The notes below the pieces were generated by a model. It was given only the letters and a program-made list of their open reading frames with translations. It was not told the origin of the DNA and did no database searches. The translations under genes were made by a program, and so were the position numbers. From positions 930-64,929 of the forward strand of contig DATKAF010000297.1 in NCBI GenBank assembly GCA_035498395.1: a stretch of DNA of 64,000 nt. The letters run 5' to 3'. This document shows, piece after piece, positions 43,030-51,995 of this stretch. Numbering within the stretch: position 1 is the stretch's first letter; each line of letters opens with the position of its first letter. Source of the DNA: Anaerolineales bacterium. Its GTDB lineage: Bacteria; Chloroflexota; Anaerolineae; Anaerolineales; Villigracilaceae.

Positions 43030-44571
43030 TCAATTTGCCTGCAAGCCCGCGAGCTGATCGAAGACGGGCAGCAGGGAATGGTAAGTGGAGCGGTAGAGCT
43101 GATAGTAATCCTCGTAGATTCGCTGGGTGTGCGGGTCGGGATCGAGCACATCCACGATCTGAACCGTCTGGCTGGCGGCTTCCTGAAGAGAGGGCACCAG
43201 CCCGGCGCCGACGAGCGCCAGCATGCCCGCGCCGAGGGCGGTCGTCTCGGTGGTCTGCGGGAGTGCCACGGGCAGGCCGGTGACATCGGCCTTGATCTGC
43301 CGCCACAGCCGACTCTGCGCGCCGCCTCCGACGACCCGGATCTGCTCGGGCTGCAGTCCCATCTTGCGCATCTGGTCGGTGTTATCGCGCACGGCATAGG
43401 CAGAGCCTTCCAGCAGGGCGCGGACGAAGTGTGCGCGCGTGTGCGAGAGGGAAAAGCCAAAGTACGTGCCGCGCGCGGCCGCATTCCAGGTGGGGGCCAG
43501 CGCGCCCATCAGACATGGCAGAAAGATCAGCCCATTCGAGCCGGGCGGCGCCTGCGCGGCAAGCTCATTCAGGAGATCGTATGGATTCCCGCCGCTCGCC
43601 GAAGCGGACTGGACCTCCTGGGCCGAGAACTCGTCGCGGAACCAGCGATAGTTCGCCCCGGATGCGAAGCCCGGGTTTTCGATGAGCCAAAGCTCGGGGT
43701 CGGCGTGACAGTGCGTCTCCACCAGGCCGATCGGGTCGAAGAGCGGCGCGGTGCTGGAGACGCAGACCGGCTCGGCGGTCCCGGCGATATCGCAGATGAG
43801 GCCGGATCGCATCACGCCCGCGCCGAGGCAGGCGGCGTGCTCATCGCCGCTGCCGAGGATCACGCGGGTGGAAGGCTTGAGTCCCAGATCCTCGGCGATG
43901 CGCGGACGCAGCGTGCCGATCTCGGTAAGGGATGACAGGATGGGAGCGAGCCGCTCGATATCGATCTCGAAGCTGGCGCACATCTCCGGCGACCATGACC
44001 GGGTGCGCACGTCCATCAACATCGTGGAGGAGGCGTTCGAGGCGTCGACGCCCAACTCACCGGTCAGGTAGTAGGCTGCGTAGCTGCCAGGCAGCAGGAA
44101 GTGGGCGGCCTTGTGATAGACCTCGGGCTCGCGATCCGCCAGCCAGCGGATCTTGGGAGCGACGTGCGATGGGTCGATATTGAGGCCGGTGATCTGGAAC
44201 ACTTCCTCAGAAGTACGGCTCTGCATGACCGCATTGCATTGGTCGACCGCGCGACGGTCCATCCAGATGATGGCAGGCATGAGGGGCGTACCCGCCTTGT
44301 TGACCGGCACGACGCCGTCCACCTGCGCGTCGAGGCCGATGGCCTTGACCTGCTCCGCCGGGACGCCGGCCTCGGCAAGGAGCTGACGGACCGCGCTGCA
44401 CAGCGCGTCTGTCCAGCGGTTGACCGGCTGATCGGCCCAGGTGGGATGCGGATAATCGATGCCGTAGCCAGAGGTGGCAGAGCCCGCCAGCCTGCCCTCC
44501 GCCGTCAACAAAATGACCTTGACCCCCTGCGAGCCAAGGTCGCAACCGATCACATATTCCATGTGAGTCAT
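43030..44571 (-). CDS. FGGY-family carbohydrate kinase (xylulokinase/glycerol-kinase-like)
   Basis: YVIGCDLGSQGVK phosphate-1 motif, GSGDEHAACLGAG, and C-terminal GGGAQSRLWRQIKADV. Confidence 0.9.
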   Translation of the reverse strand: MTHMEYVIGCDLGSQGVKVILLTAEGRLAGSATSGYGIDYPHPTWADQPVNRWTDALCSAVRQLLAEAGVPAEQVKAIGLDAQVDGVVPVNKAGTPLMPAIIWMDRRAVDQCNAVMQSRTSEEVFQITGLNIDPSHVAPKIRWLADREPEVYHKAAHFLLPGSYAAYYLTGELGVDASNASSTMLMDVRTRSWSPEMCASFEIDIERLAPILSSLTEIGTLRPRIAEDLGLKPSTRVILGSGDEHAACLGAGVMRSGLICDIAGTAEPVCVSSTAPLFDPIGLVETHCHADPELWLIENPGFASGANYRWFRDEFSAQEVQSASASGGNPYDLLNELAAQAPPGSNGLIFLPCLMGALAPTWNAAARGTYFGFSLSHTRAHFVRALLEGSAYAVRDNTDQMRKMGLQPEQIRVVGGGAQSRLWRQIKADVTGLPVALPQTTETTALGAGMLALVGAGLVPSLQEAASQTVQIVDVLDPDPHTQRIYEDYYQLYRSTYHSLLPVFDQLAGLQAN

Positions 44572-44580
44572 GAGACTTGT

Positions 44581-45366
44581 TTAAAGATCTCCCAGATGCT
44601 CGGCGCGCTCCACTTCGTCCACATCGTTGTACCACTTGACCCGTGGGCCGACCTGCGCGCGCGCCCGCCATGACAGCGACTTGGGCGCCTCTTCGATCAT
44701 CTGGCCCAGCGTGTCGATGCGGTCATTGATGTTCCGGACATCCTGGTCACTGAACAGCTGCCGGTAGGTCTCTGATCCCTTGCGAATCTTCTCCAGGCTT
44801 AGGGAGTTCGTGTAATAGAAGCCCCAATCCTTGCTGAGCAAACCGGCGATGTGCTTGCCGTTGATCGTTTCATTATCGTTGTCGCCCACGGGGTGCGCTG
44901 CGAGGAGGATCAGCATATCCTTGATATCCTTCGGGTTGAGCGTCACGATCTGCGTCTTTTCCAGCACCAGCTCCGCCAGCGGGATGGTGGGCGAATCGAT
45001 CTCGAGCCGGTTCTTGAATGGAATCTTGTGGCAGAAGCTCAGCTCGTCAAGGAACACGTCAATGTGGATACCGTTGCTCGGGTGAGTGAAGATGCGCCGA
45101 GTGGCGAATAACTCGGGCGTGAGGGCTGCCACCGTGAGAACGTAACCCTCGCTCTTCAGGAAGGCCTCCATGGCCCGGTCCTGCTTGCTGTAGCCTACAA
45201 AGTCAATGTCCGTCAGGGGGCGATCCATGGCCTCGTGAACGGATACATACTCCGGGCTGTGGATCCGGAAGGCCGTCGAGCCGAGGATACGCAGGTATAC
45301 GCCCCTGGCTTGGGCCCGCTCTACGAGTCCGAGCGCCTCACTGACGAAATGACTGTTGGCCGCCAT
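44581..45366 (-). CDS. Hypothetical protein with a pol-beta-type nucleotidyltransferase fold motif
   Basis: ILGSTAFRIH...PLTDIDFVG (GS ... DxD). Start at the ATG at 45364-45366, 5 nt after GGAGG. Confidence 0.5.
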   Translation of the reverse strand: MAANSHFVSEALGLVERAQARGVYLRILGSTAFRIHSPEYVSVHEAMDRPLTDIDFVGYSKQDRAMEAFLKSEGYVLTVAALTPELFATRRIFTHPSNGIHIDVFLDELSFCHKIPFKNRLEIDSPTIPLAELVLEKTQIVTLNPKDIKDMLILLAAHPVGDNDNETINGKHIAGLLSKDWGFYYTNSLSLEKIRKGSETYRQLFSDQDVRNINDRIDTLGQMIEEAPKSLSWRARAQVGPRVKWYNDVDEVERAEHLGDL

Positions 45367-45403
45367 CCATACCTCCGCTTGCTTAAAGATGCACCGTATT
45401 TTA

Positions 45404-46393
45404 CTAGCCCATTGTAAACGTGTAGTTCTCGAGTTTCTGCTTCGACAACTCGATGACGACGCCGCGGAGCACACCCTCGCCGTACTCGCTGCCCGGGTTG
45501 ATGCACATGGTCCGGCCCAGCTTCTGCGCGGAGCGGCTTTCATGGATATGCCCATGCAGACCCAGCAACGGCTGGTATTTCTCGATGGCGGCGCGCACGG
45601 CGGTGCTGCCCACCGGAATCATCTTGAAGCCGCCGGAGAGCGAGAGCTTCGGTGTTAAGTTGGGATCCAGCTCCGGGGCAACATCCAGGTTCGTGTCATA
45701 GGGCGGCACATGCAGGTTGAAAACCGCGTTCGCTGGGTTCTTTACCTTGCCTGCCACACCCTCGATCCGCCGCGTGAGCTCCTCTTCCGGCAGGTCGCGC
45801 GGACACTGCCAGGGCGTCTGGTTCGCGGCGCCCACGCTGATCATCTGATGATCGTCATCCAAGTCTACAACGGTCTCGTCCACATTCATCACGCACTCGG
45901 ACTGCTTCAAGGCTTCGTCGATCTCGTAGGGATCGTCGTTGCCGGGCTGGACGTAGCACTTGATGCCCGTGCCGCGCAGCCGCTCATCCGCAATCTGGAG
46001 CCAGGTGGTGATGCGCTGCTTGGCCAGCTGCGCGAAATGCTGCTCTACGAGGCTCTTGTCCTCGCCAAATGCCCGAACTTCATCCGGGGATACACGGATA
46101 GGGTACAAGCCCGAATCCTCGAGCGTCTGCTCAAGGTGCTTGAGCTCGTCGCCGTCGGCGACATCGTACACTTTGCCAAGATAATTGGCACGAAAGCTGT
46201 GGTTGGCCTGTTCCACGAGCGGAACGATCATTTTGCCAACCATATCGCCCCCCAGGATGATGACCTGCGCCTCGTAAAACTTGCCGGAGTTGATGAACTT
46301 CTTAAAGACTCTGGTCGAGCCGTGCACGTCGGTGGTAAAGAAAAGGCGGATCTTCTTTGAACTTCCAAAAGGACTCATGGGACCTCCGGACAA
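45404..46393 (-). CDS. Metallophosphoesterase (calcineurin-like)
   Basis: Motifs FTTDVHGS (DxH), LGGDMVG (GD), QPGNDD (GNHD-like) and GLHGHIHES (GHxH). Confidence 0.8.
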   Translation of the reverse strand: MSGGPMSPFGSSKKIRLFFTTDVHGSTRVFKKFINSGKFYEAQVIILGGDMVGKMIVPLVEQANHSFRANYLGKVYDVADGDELKHLEQTLEDSGLYPIRVSPDEVRAFGEDKSLVEQHFAQLAKQRITTWLQIADERLRGTGIKCYVQPGNDDPYEIDEALKQSECVMNVDETVVDLDDDHQMISVGAANQTPWQCPRDLPEEELTRRIEGVAGKVKNPANAVFNLHVPPYDTNLDVAPELDPNLTPKLSLSGGFKMIPVGSTAVRAAIEKYQPLLGLHGHIHESRSAQKLGRTMCINPGSEYGEGVLRGVVIELSKQKLENYTFTMG

Positions 46394-46402
46394 TTCCAGT
46401 AT

Positions 46403-46443
46403 GTAACCCGCAGGCCGCGGTTCAGGTTCGGCCTGCGGGTTAC
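46403..46443. other. Perfect 15-bp GC-rich hairpin between the permease and phosphoesterase genes
   Basis: GTAACCCGCAGGCCG-N11-CGGCCTGCGGGTTAC. No U-tract on either strand. Confidence 0.6.
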
Positions 46444-46473
46444 TTCACGCTTGAAACACTATATGGAGGGCTG

Positions 46474-48117
46474 CTAATCTGGCGGGACCTCGCGGAAGCG
46501 CTTGTCGAGCGACACGCCGCGCCGCTTATTCATGTAGATCGCGACGAAGTACAAGATGATCGGCAAGATCATGTAGAAGCCGAACGAGACACCAAGCGCA
46601 GGCAACTGGGCGTAGACCGAGGCACCCTGGAAAAATGGTAGGAGGGTGGCATACATCACGAAAATGCTGATGATGAAGCCCACCACACCCCACACCACGA
46701 TGGCGGGGGCACCCAAGAGCTTCTGGCGCGTGACCTCAGGAGCCTTATCCCAGATGTCCTTGCGCCGCCACGGGAAGACGATCGCAGCGATGCTCAGGAA
46801 CATCCACCCGAAGAACCAAATGGTGATGGTATAGACCTGGTAGGCCGAAAGGAGCGGCGTAATGCAGTTGACGGTGAACTGGAACCAGGCGATCACGAAG
46901 CCCAACAGCACGGCATAAACCGGCGAGCCGCGGCGGTTGACTTCATTGAACTTGGGCGGCAGCATGCCGTCGAATGAATAGGCGAACAGGTTGCGCACCG
47001 GTGCGAACGCCAGGCCCATCGCGCCTACCCAGTTGATCAGGCCCCAAGCAAATGGGCCGCCAATGAGCAGCAGGAACGGATTCTGAGTGGCGTACACCAT
47101 CAGGTACGGGATCTGCGGGAAGGCCTTGAAGATCGGCACGTCCGCGCCCTGCGAGTTCAACTTGGAGATGGCTTGCAACAGGTCCACACCAACGCCGTGG
47201 TAGGTCACATACGTGAAGATCTCGTAGTAGACGATGAACAGGATGATCGACCCGTACTGCGCCAGCGGCTGAGCCTTATCGACGCGCTTGATCTCGCCCG
47301 CGATGTTAGCCGAGTATGTAGAGCCAAGGCAGGTGAGGTTCATGAAGGTCATACCGGCCAGGACGGTGGGCAGGAGGGCGTAAAGGCCGGGCTGCCACCC
47401 CAGAGACCTCGCCTGGGCCAGGACATTCTGGTAGTCGATGTTCTGCACGGCCTTCATGCCGGCTGCCACAACGGTGGGGTTCACGCTCAGCATGACGATG
47501 GCGTAGACGGCCAGCATGACCCAGGTAAGTATCATGGCTGCCCACACGAAGCGCATGAACAGCTTGATGCCGCGATAGATCACGTAGAAGGAGAGCATCA
47601 GGGAGATGGTGCCCATGATCCAGACCAACCACGAGCCCTGAGTCTTGGCCATCTCGGTGCCGAGGCTGAACATGGCCTGGTTCTTGTAGACAAGACCCAA
47701 CTGCATGAACGTGTGGCCGAAGCCCCAGTTGATCACGTAGTTGGTGTTGTTACCCTGCCAGTTCAACCCGACGATGGTCAGCGTCCAGGAGGCGATGAAG
47801 CCGAGGAAGGGAGTCAGCACTCGGCTGATGTAGATGTACTCGCCGCCGGAGCGGGGCATGCTCGCCGAGAAGTAGACATAGATCGCAGCGAAGGGTAACA
47901 GGGAGATCATGAACAGGATGGCAATCTGCATGTTAGCGCCCGCGAACAGGGTCACGGACCACAGCAGGTAGAAGCTCGCCTGCGTGATGTTGGGCGCCAC
48001 AAATGAGTACGCCAGGGCTGTCCATGGACTGACCACACGCGTCAGGCCGGACGCTTTGCGGGAGAAGACATCGCCCGCTTGTTGTGCAGCCATTTGGGCT
48101 GCATCTTGTACAGTCAT
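46474..48117 (-). CDS. APC-superfamily permease
   Basis: 547 aa with about 12-13 TM helices. The N-terminal region contains ...SMPRSGGEYIYISR, the typical APC signature. Confidence 0.85.
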   Translation of the reverse strand: MTVQDAAQMAAQQAGDVFSRKASGLTRVVSPWTALAYSFVAPNITQASFYLLWSVTLFAGANMQIAILFMISLLPFAAIYVYFSASMPRSGGEYIYISRVLTPFLGFIASWTLTIVGLNWQGNNTNYVINWGFGHTFMQLGLVYKNQAMFSLGTEMAKTQGSWLVWIMGTISLMLSFYVIYRGIKLFMRFVWAAMILTWVMLAVYAIVMLSVNPTVVAAGMKAVQNIDYQNVLAQARSLGWQPGLYALLPTVLAGMTFMNLTCLGSTYSANIAGEIKRVDKAQPLAQYGSIILFIVYYEIFTYVTYHGVGVDLLQAISKLNSQGADVPIFKAFPQIPYLMVYATQNPFLLLIGGPFAWGLINWVGAMGLAFAPVRNLFAYSFDGMLPPKFNEVNRRGSPVYAVLLGFVIAWFQFTVNCITPLLSAYQVYTITIWFFGWMFLSIAAIVFPWRRKDIWDKAPEVTRQKLLGAPAIVVWGVVGFIISIFVMYATLLPFFQGASVYAQLPALGVSFGFYMILPIILYFVAIYMNKRRGVSLDKRFREVPPD

Positions 48118-48262
48118 ATGCGGTCTCCTTTCAGGATCAGTTTACGAAACATACTGCAAACTTTCCTTGCTTGCGTGCCTTCGGCCCTTCTCAAGTCTTT
48201 CCGCTCCTCCTTTCGTGAATGCCTGCAACTGGAAGAATGAAAACCTGTCGGTCCTGACTGCG

Positions 48263-49072
48263 CTAGTAGTGAGGACCCTTCCTCTGGATGACAAACGTGA
48301 TCTTGTCCGTCAGGTGATATTCCTCTGAGAAGATGATCGGGTGACGCGCTTCATCGCTATCCGTCTGGCTGATCAGCAGCAATGTGCTGTGGCGCGGAAC
48401 CTGCAGTTTCTCGGCCACATCCTTGGGCGCCGCAATGGGCAGCAACACCGCGGTACCCTGGTAGATGCGGATGCCGTGGTGCTTCTCGAGGTAGTCGTAC
48501 AGCGACTGGTCTTTCAACTCACTCTCGTTGGGAGATCGGCCGTCGAGGATGGAGGCCGGCAGGCGCTCGTCCGACCAAACGATGGGCGTATCATTTGCCA
48601 GCCGGAGGCGCCGAACGACATAAATGGGATCGCCCTCGGCAAGCTGGAGATGCTCGGCGACCCTCGCACTGGCAGGCTCGCGGTGTACGTCACACTGGAT
48701 GGTCTTGGGAGTGAAGCCGGCCTGCCGAATCATCTCGGTGATGCCGAAGTTGATGCTCAGGTCTTTTACGATGGAACGCTCGGAGACAAATGTGCCCAGG
48801 CCGCGCCGGCGGGTGATGCGCCCCTGCTCTTCCAGCGTTCGCAGAGCCTCGCGCAGTGTTGTGCGCGATACCCCGAGAATCTGCATGAGCTCCAGCTCCG
48901 ATGGCAGCTGGCTTCCCTGTGGAAACCGGTTGCTACGGATAGCGTCCCCGATGGCGCTCACGGTCGCGTCCGTCAGAGTCCGGCGCTTCGGCCGTACGAT
49001 GGTTGGCTGAAACTCGGTCACTTTATCCACGCTAGCTGCTATCCTTCTCTCTCTTTCGAGAACAGAGGACAA
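48263..49072 (-). CDS. GntR-family transcriptional regulator, HutC subfamily (UTRA effector domain)
   Basis: wHTH QLPSELELMQILGVSRTTLREALRTLEEQGRITRRRGLGTFV, followed by a UTRA-like C-terminal domain. The track start is a TTG overlapping the kinase by 34 nt. An alternative GTG lies at 49030. Confidence 0.85.
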   Translation of the reverse strand: MSSVLERERRIAASVDKVTEFQPTIVRPKRRTLTDATVSAIGDAIRSNRFPQGSQLPSELELMQILGVSRTTLREALRTLEEQGRITRRRGLGTFVSERSIVKDLSINFGITEMIRQAGFTPKTIQCDVHREPASARVAEHLQLAEGDPIYVVRRLRLANDTPIVWSDERLPASILDGRSPNESELKDQSLYDYLEKHHGIRIYQGTAVLLPIAAPKDVAEKLQVPRHSTLLLISQTDSDEARHPIIFSEEYHLTDKITFVIQRKGPHY

Positions 49073-50571
49073 AGCGCGTTATAGAGGTCGACGTACGTTC
49101 GGAAAGCGGCGTCATAGATGGATGCGTTCGCGGCGGTAGGCTCGAAGCGGTCCTTGATCTGGACCATCTGCCCGACCGCTTCCTCGACGCTGGAGTACAG
49201 CCCGACGGCCTTGCCTGCCAGGATGGCAGCGCCCAGCGTAGCCGCTTCTTCATTGGAGGTGGTCAGAACCGGACGGCCGGTGATATCGGCCTCGATCTGT
49301 TTCCAGACGCGGCTGCGCGCGCCGCCGCCCAGGGCCCGGATCTCCCTGACCGGGACTCCCATGCCCTCGATGACCTCGATATTGCGGCGCACGATAAAGC
49401 AGACAGACTCCATGATGGCGCGCGTGAAGTGATTCCGGCCATGCCGCAGCGTGAAGCCGTAGAAGACGCCTCTGGCGTCGGGGTTCGCCTCGGGGGCCAT
49501 GGCTCCCTGCAAGTGGGGCAGCATGACAAGGCCCTCGCACCCGGCAGGGACCTTTTCCGCCTCCCGCCCAAGCAGATCGTAGGCGTCCATGCCGCTAAAC
49601 TTGCCCACCGACATTTCCAACTGGGCGAATTCATCCCGGAACCAGCGCAGGACGATTCCGCCGCTGGTAAACGTATGGAGCATGTATAGTCCGGGGAGGC
49701 CGTGGTAATGACAGGGCATCTGGTCCGCCGGATCGAGCGTGGCATGCTCGACGCTGGCGCAGATGGCAAGCGCCGCGCCGGTATTCTCGCTAAAGACGCC
49801 GGGCTTGATGTTCCCCACGCCGATCGCGCCGCACGCCTGGTCCAGCGCGCCTGTGCAGACCCGCGTCGCGGGAGAGAGGCCGAGCTCCGCGGCGACATCG
49901 CTGCGAAGCGTGCCGACCACCTCGCCGGACTCACAGTAGGGGGGCAGCTGCCCGGCGCGGACACCAAGCGCATCCAACATTTCGGGCCACCACTGGCGTG
50001 TGCGGAAATTCCAGTAGCAGGTGGATGTAACCAGCGAACCCTCGCAGGCGTATTCCCCGGTCAGCCGGTGGAGGAAGTAGTCTTCGATCAATAAGAACTT
50101 GTCCACCTGCTCATAGGTCTTCGGTTCGTGGTTGCGGACCCACAGGATCTTGGAGGCCGGCCACGTCGGCACGAGCTTGACCTGACCAGTGATCTCGTAG
50201 GCGTGGCGATGGCCAAACTTCTCGCCCAGCTCGGCGGCTTCCTGCTGTGCACGGTTATCCAGCCAGACGATAGCGCGGCGCAGGGGACGACCACTCTTGT
50301 CGGCCAGGATCAACGTTTCGCCCTGGGCGGAGACTCCCAAGGCTTTAATGCTGGCAGGGTCGGCCGCCGACTCTTTGACGACGCTTCCGAGGGCGGATTT
50401 GAAGGCCTCCCAGTAGGTCTCCACATCCACTTCCACGGAGTCCGGATCGGGAGTGATCAATTCGTATTCAACCGAGGCTTTTGCCAGCACATTGCCGCGC
50501 AGGTCGTGCAGTGCGCATTTGAGCGCCGTGGTGCCCAGATCGAAAGCGAGGATCGTATCCATGCTGGTCAC
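49039..50571 (-). CDS. FGGY-family carbohydrate kinase
   Basis: ILAFDLGTTALK, CTGALDQACGAIGVG and GGGARSRVWKQIEADI. ATGA overlap with the cupin stop. Confidence 0.9.
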   Translation of the reverse strand: MTSMDTILAFDLGTTALKCALHDLRGNVLAKASVEYELITPDPDSVEVDVETYWEAFKSALGSVVKESAADPASIKALGVSAQGETLILADKSGRPLRRAIVWLDNRAQQEAAELGEKFGHRHAYEITGQVKLVPTWPASKILWVRNHEPKTYEQVDKFLLIEDYFLHRLTGEYACEGSLVTSTCYWNFRTRQWWPEMLDALGVRAGQLPPYCESGEVVGTLRSDVAAELGLSPATRVCTGALDQACGAIGVGNIKPGVFSENTGAALAICASVEHATLDPADQMPCHYHGLPGLYMLHTFTSGGIVLRWFRDEFAQLEMSVGKFSGMDAYDLLGREAEKVPAGCEGLVMLPHLQGAMAPEANPDARGVFYGFTLRHGRNHFTRAIMESVCFIVRRNIEVIEGMGVPVREIRALGGGARSRVWKQIEADITGRPVLTTSNEEAATLGAAILAGKAVGLYSSVEEAVGQMVQIKDRFEPTAANASIYDAAFRTYVDLYNALCPLFSKEREG

Positions 50572-50903
50572 TCGCCGGGAGCGCCGGCCCAGACGAGCAC
50601 GGCTGTTTCTTGTCCTATGTTGATGAGCGTATGAGGTAGAGTTTCCGGAATGAAGATCGAATCCCCCGCGAACAATTCATAGTAGCAGGCTTCGTCGAAC
50701 AGCAGGACGTGGCCCGCGCAAACGTAGAAGACCTCGACGGAGGCTTTGTGCCCCACGTCGATGTTGCCGCGCTGCCCCGGCGGCAGGGTGGATGTGCCCA
50801 GCCACATCTTCGGCTTCTTGACATATTCCCGGCACAACTCGGGGCCTTCCATGAAGACCCGGGCATCCGTTGCTCGCACAACGGTTGCTTTGGACTCGCT
50901 CAT
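50568..50903 (-). CDS. Cupin-domain protein
   Basis: Cupin motifs GHKASVEVFYVCAGH and GDSIFIPETLPHTLIN. Start at the ATG at 50901-50903, 4 nt after GGAGG. Confidence 0.8.
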   Translation of the reverse strand: MSESKATVVRATDARVFMEGPELCREYVKKPKMWLGTSTLPPGQRGNIDVGHKASVEVFYVCAGHVLLFDEACYYELFAGDSIFIPETLPHTLINIGQETAVLVWAGAPGE

Positions 50904-51002
50904 GGTTCCTCCATATTTGCGGACCGGCGATTCACGAAACAAGGAAGTTCGGTTTTGGCGGGGCGGCGGACGGTATGGTTTTCAGGAAAAATGGGGTTCG
51001 GT

Positions 51003-51031
51003 TTGACAAATGGCGAAACGGTCGTTATAAT
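51003..51031 (+). promoter_or_regulatory. Consensus sigma70 promoter (TTGACA-N17-TATAAT)
   Basis: Exact hexamers at 51003-51008 and 51026-51031, about 100 nt upstream of the plus-strand gene at 51134. Confidence 0.7.
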
Positions 51032-51043
51032 ATGTACTACGTC

Positions 51044-51060
51044 ACGATGTCAGACATCGT
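51044..51060. promoter_or_regulatory. Perfect palindrome ACGATGTC-A-GACATCGT, candidate GntR/HutC-type operator
   Basis: 17-bp dyad 13 nt downstream of the -10 box. A related half-site ATGACAGAC lies at about 51065. Confidence 0.5.
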
Positions 51061-51133
51061 TACATATGACAGACTATAGCAAATTTCACATGCGCTGTCA
51101 AGTACCTTTCACCATGACGAAGGGACCACGATC

Positions 51134-51835
51134 ATGAAACCAGCCTTCATCCTCATGCTCACCTACAATGACCAGACCGTCAAGAACGCGCTGGAGCTGT
51201 TCCGTGAATGCAAGAACCTGCCCGTCACCCACTGGGGCTTCAAGGATGTCGGGCTGCCCGTCGATCAGATGAAGCAGCTCGTGCGCGAGATGAAGCAGGC
51301 GGGCAAGACCACGTACCTGGAGGTCGTGAGCCTGTCCGAGGAAGAAGGGCTGGCGGGCGCAAAACTGGCGGTCGAGGCCGGGTTCGATATCCTGATGGGG
51401 ACGGTATTCTTCGACTCCATTCTGGACTATCTGAAGGACAAGCCGATCAAGTACTATCCGTTCCCAGGGCACGTATACAGCCATCCGAGCATCCTGGACG
51501 GCACCATCGAGGAGATCGTCAAGCACGCGAAGTTCCTCGAGGGCCGCGGCGTGCAGGGAATGGACCTGCTGTCGTACCGCTACGTGGGCGACGCCCCGGC
51601 CCTGCTGTGGGCGGTCGTAGCCGCCACCAGTGTACCGATCGTCTCGGCAGGTTCCATTGAATCGTATAAGCGCCTGGGAGAAGTGTGGGAGGCCGGGGCG
51701 TGGGGCTTCACGATCGGAAGCGCATTGTTCGACAAGAAGTTCGTGCCGGATGGCTCCTTCCAGGACAACACGCTGGCGGTGTGCGATTGGCTCGAGAAGA
51801 GGGCGGAAGCGGAGGGCATGAAATCCGGCTCGTAG
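51134..51835 (+). CDS. Hypothetical protein, probably a (beta/alpha)8-barrel phosphate-binding enzyme
   Basis: Ordinary protein composition, unlike the antisense ORF 51098-51868. The alternating pattern and C-terminal SVPIVSAGSIES ... FTIGSALF resemble ribulose-phosphate-binding-barrel enzymes. No specific family recognised. Confidence 0.55.
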   Translation: MKPAFILMLTYNDQTVKNALELFRECKNLPVTHWGFKDVGLPVDQMKQLVREMKQAGKTTYLEVVSLSEEEGLAGAKLAVEAGFDILMGTVFFDSILDYLKDKPIKYYPFPGHVYSHPSILDGTIEEIVKHAKFLEGRGVQGMDLLSYRYVGDAPALLWAVVAATSVPIVSAGSIESYKRLGEVWEAGAWGFTIGSALFDKKFVPDGSFQDNTLAVCDWLEKRAEAEGMKSGS

Positions 51836-51919
51836 GCTCAATGCCGCGCCGGGATCTTTTCCAAGCATAATAGCCGTTCACGGCTGACTGATGGCATCTT
51901 CCCCTTGAGATGCCACGAA

Positions 51920-51944
51920 GGCCCTGACATTGTCAGGGCCTTTT
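51920..51944. terminator. Terminator hairpin between convergent genes (9-bp stem GGCCCTGAC/GTCAGGGCC, then TTTT)
   Basis: Read directly. The T-run follows on the plus strand. Confidence 0.7.
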
Positions 51945-51995
51945 GGATTCTGGTCGCGAGGGGTGAATACGCCGGTGACGCGGCTGCGAACGGCG

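Noticed and set aside
51098-51868. Minus-strand ORF (256 aa) covering the same DNA as the plus-strand ORF 51134-51835.
   Set aside because: The plus-strand product has balanced composition (K, E, I, F and Y present) and sits behind a consensus promoter. The minus-strand product is R/L/G/H-rich and lacks an SD.
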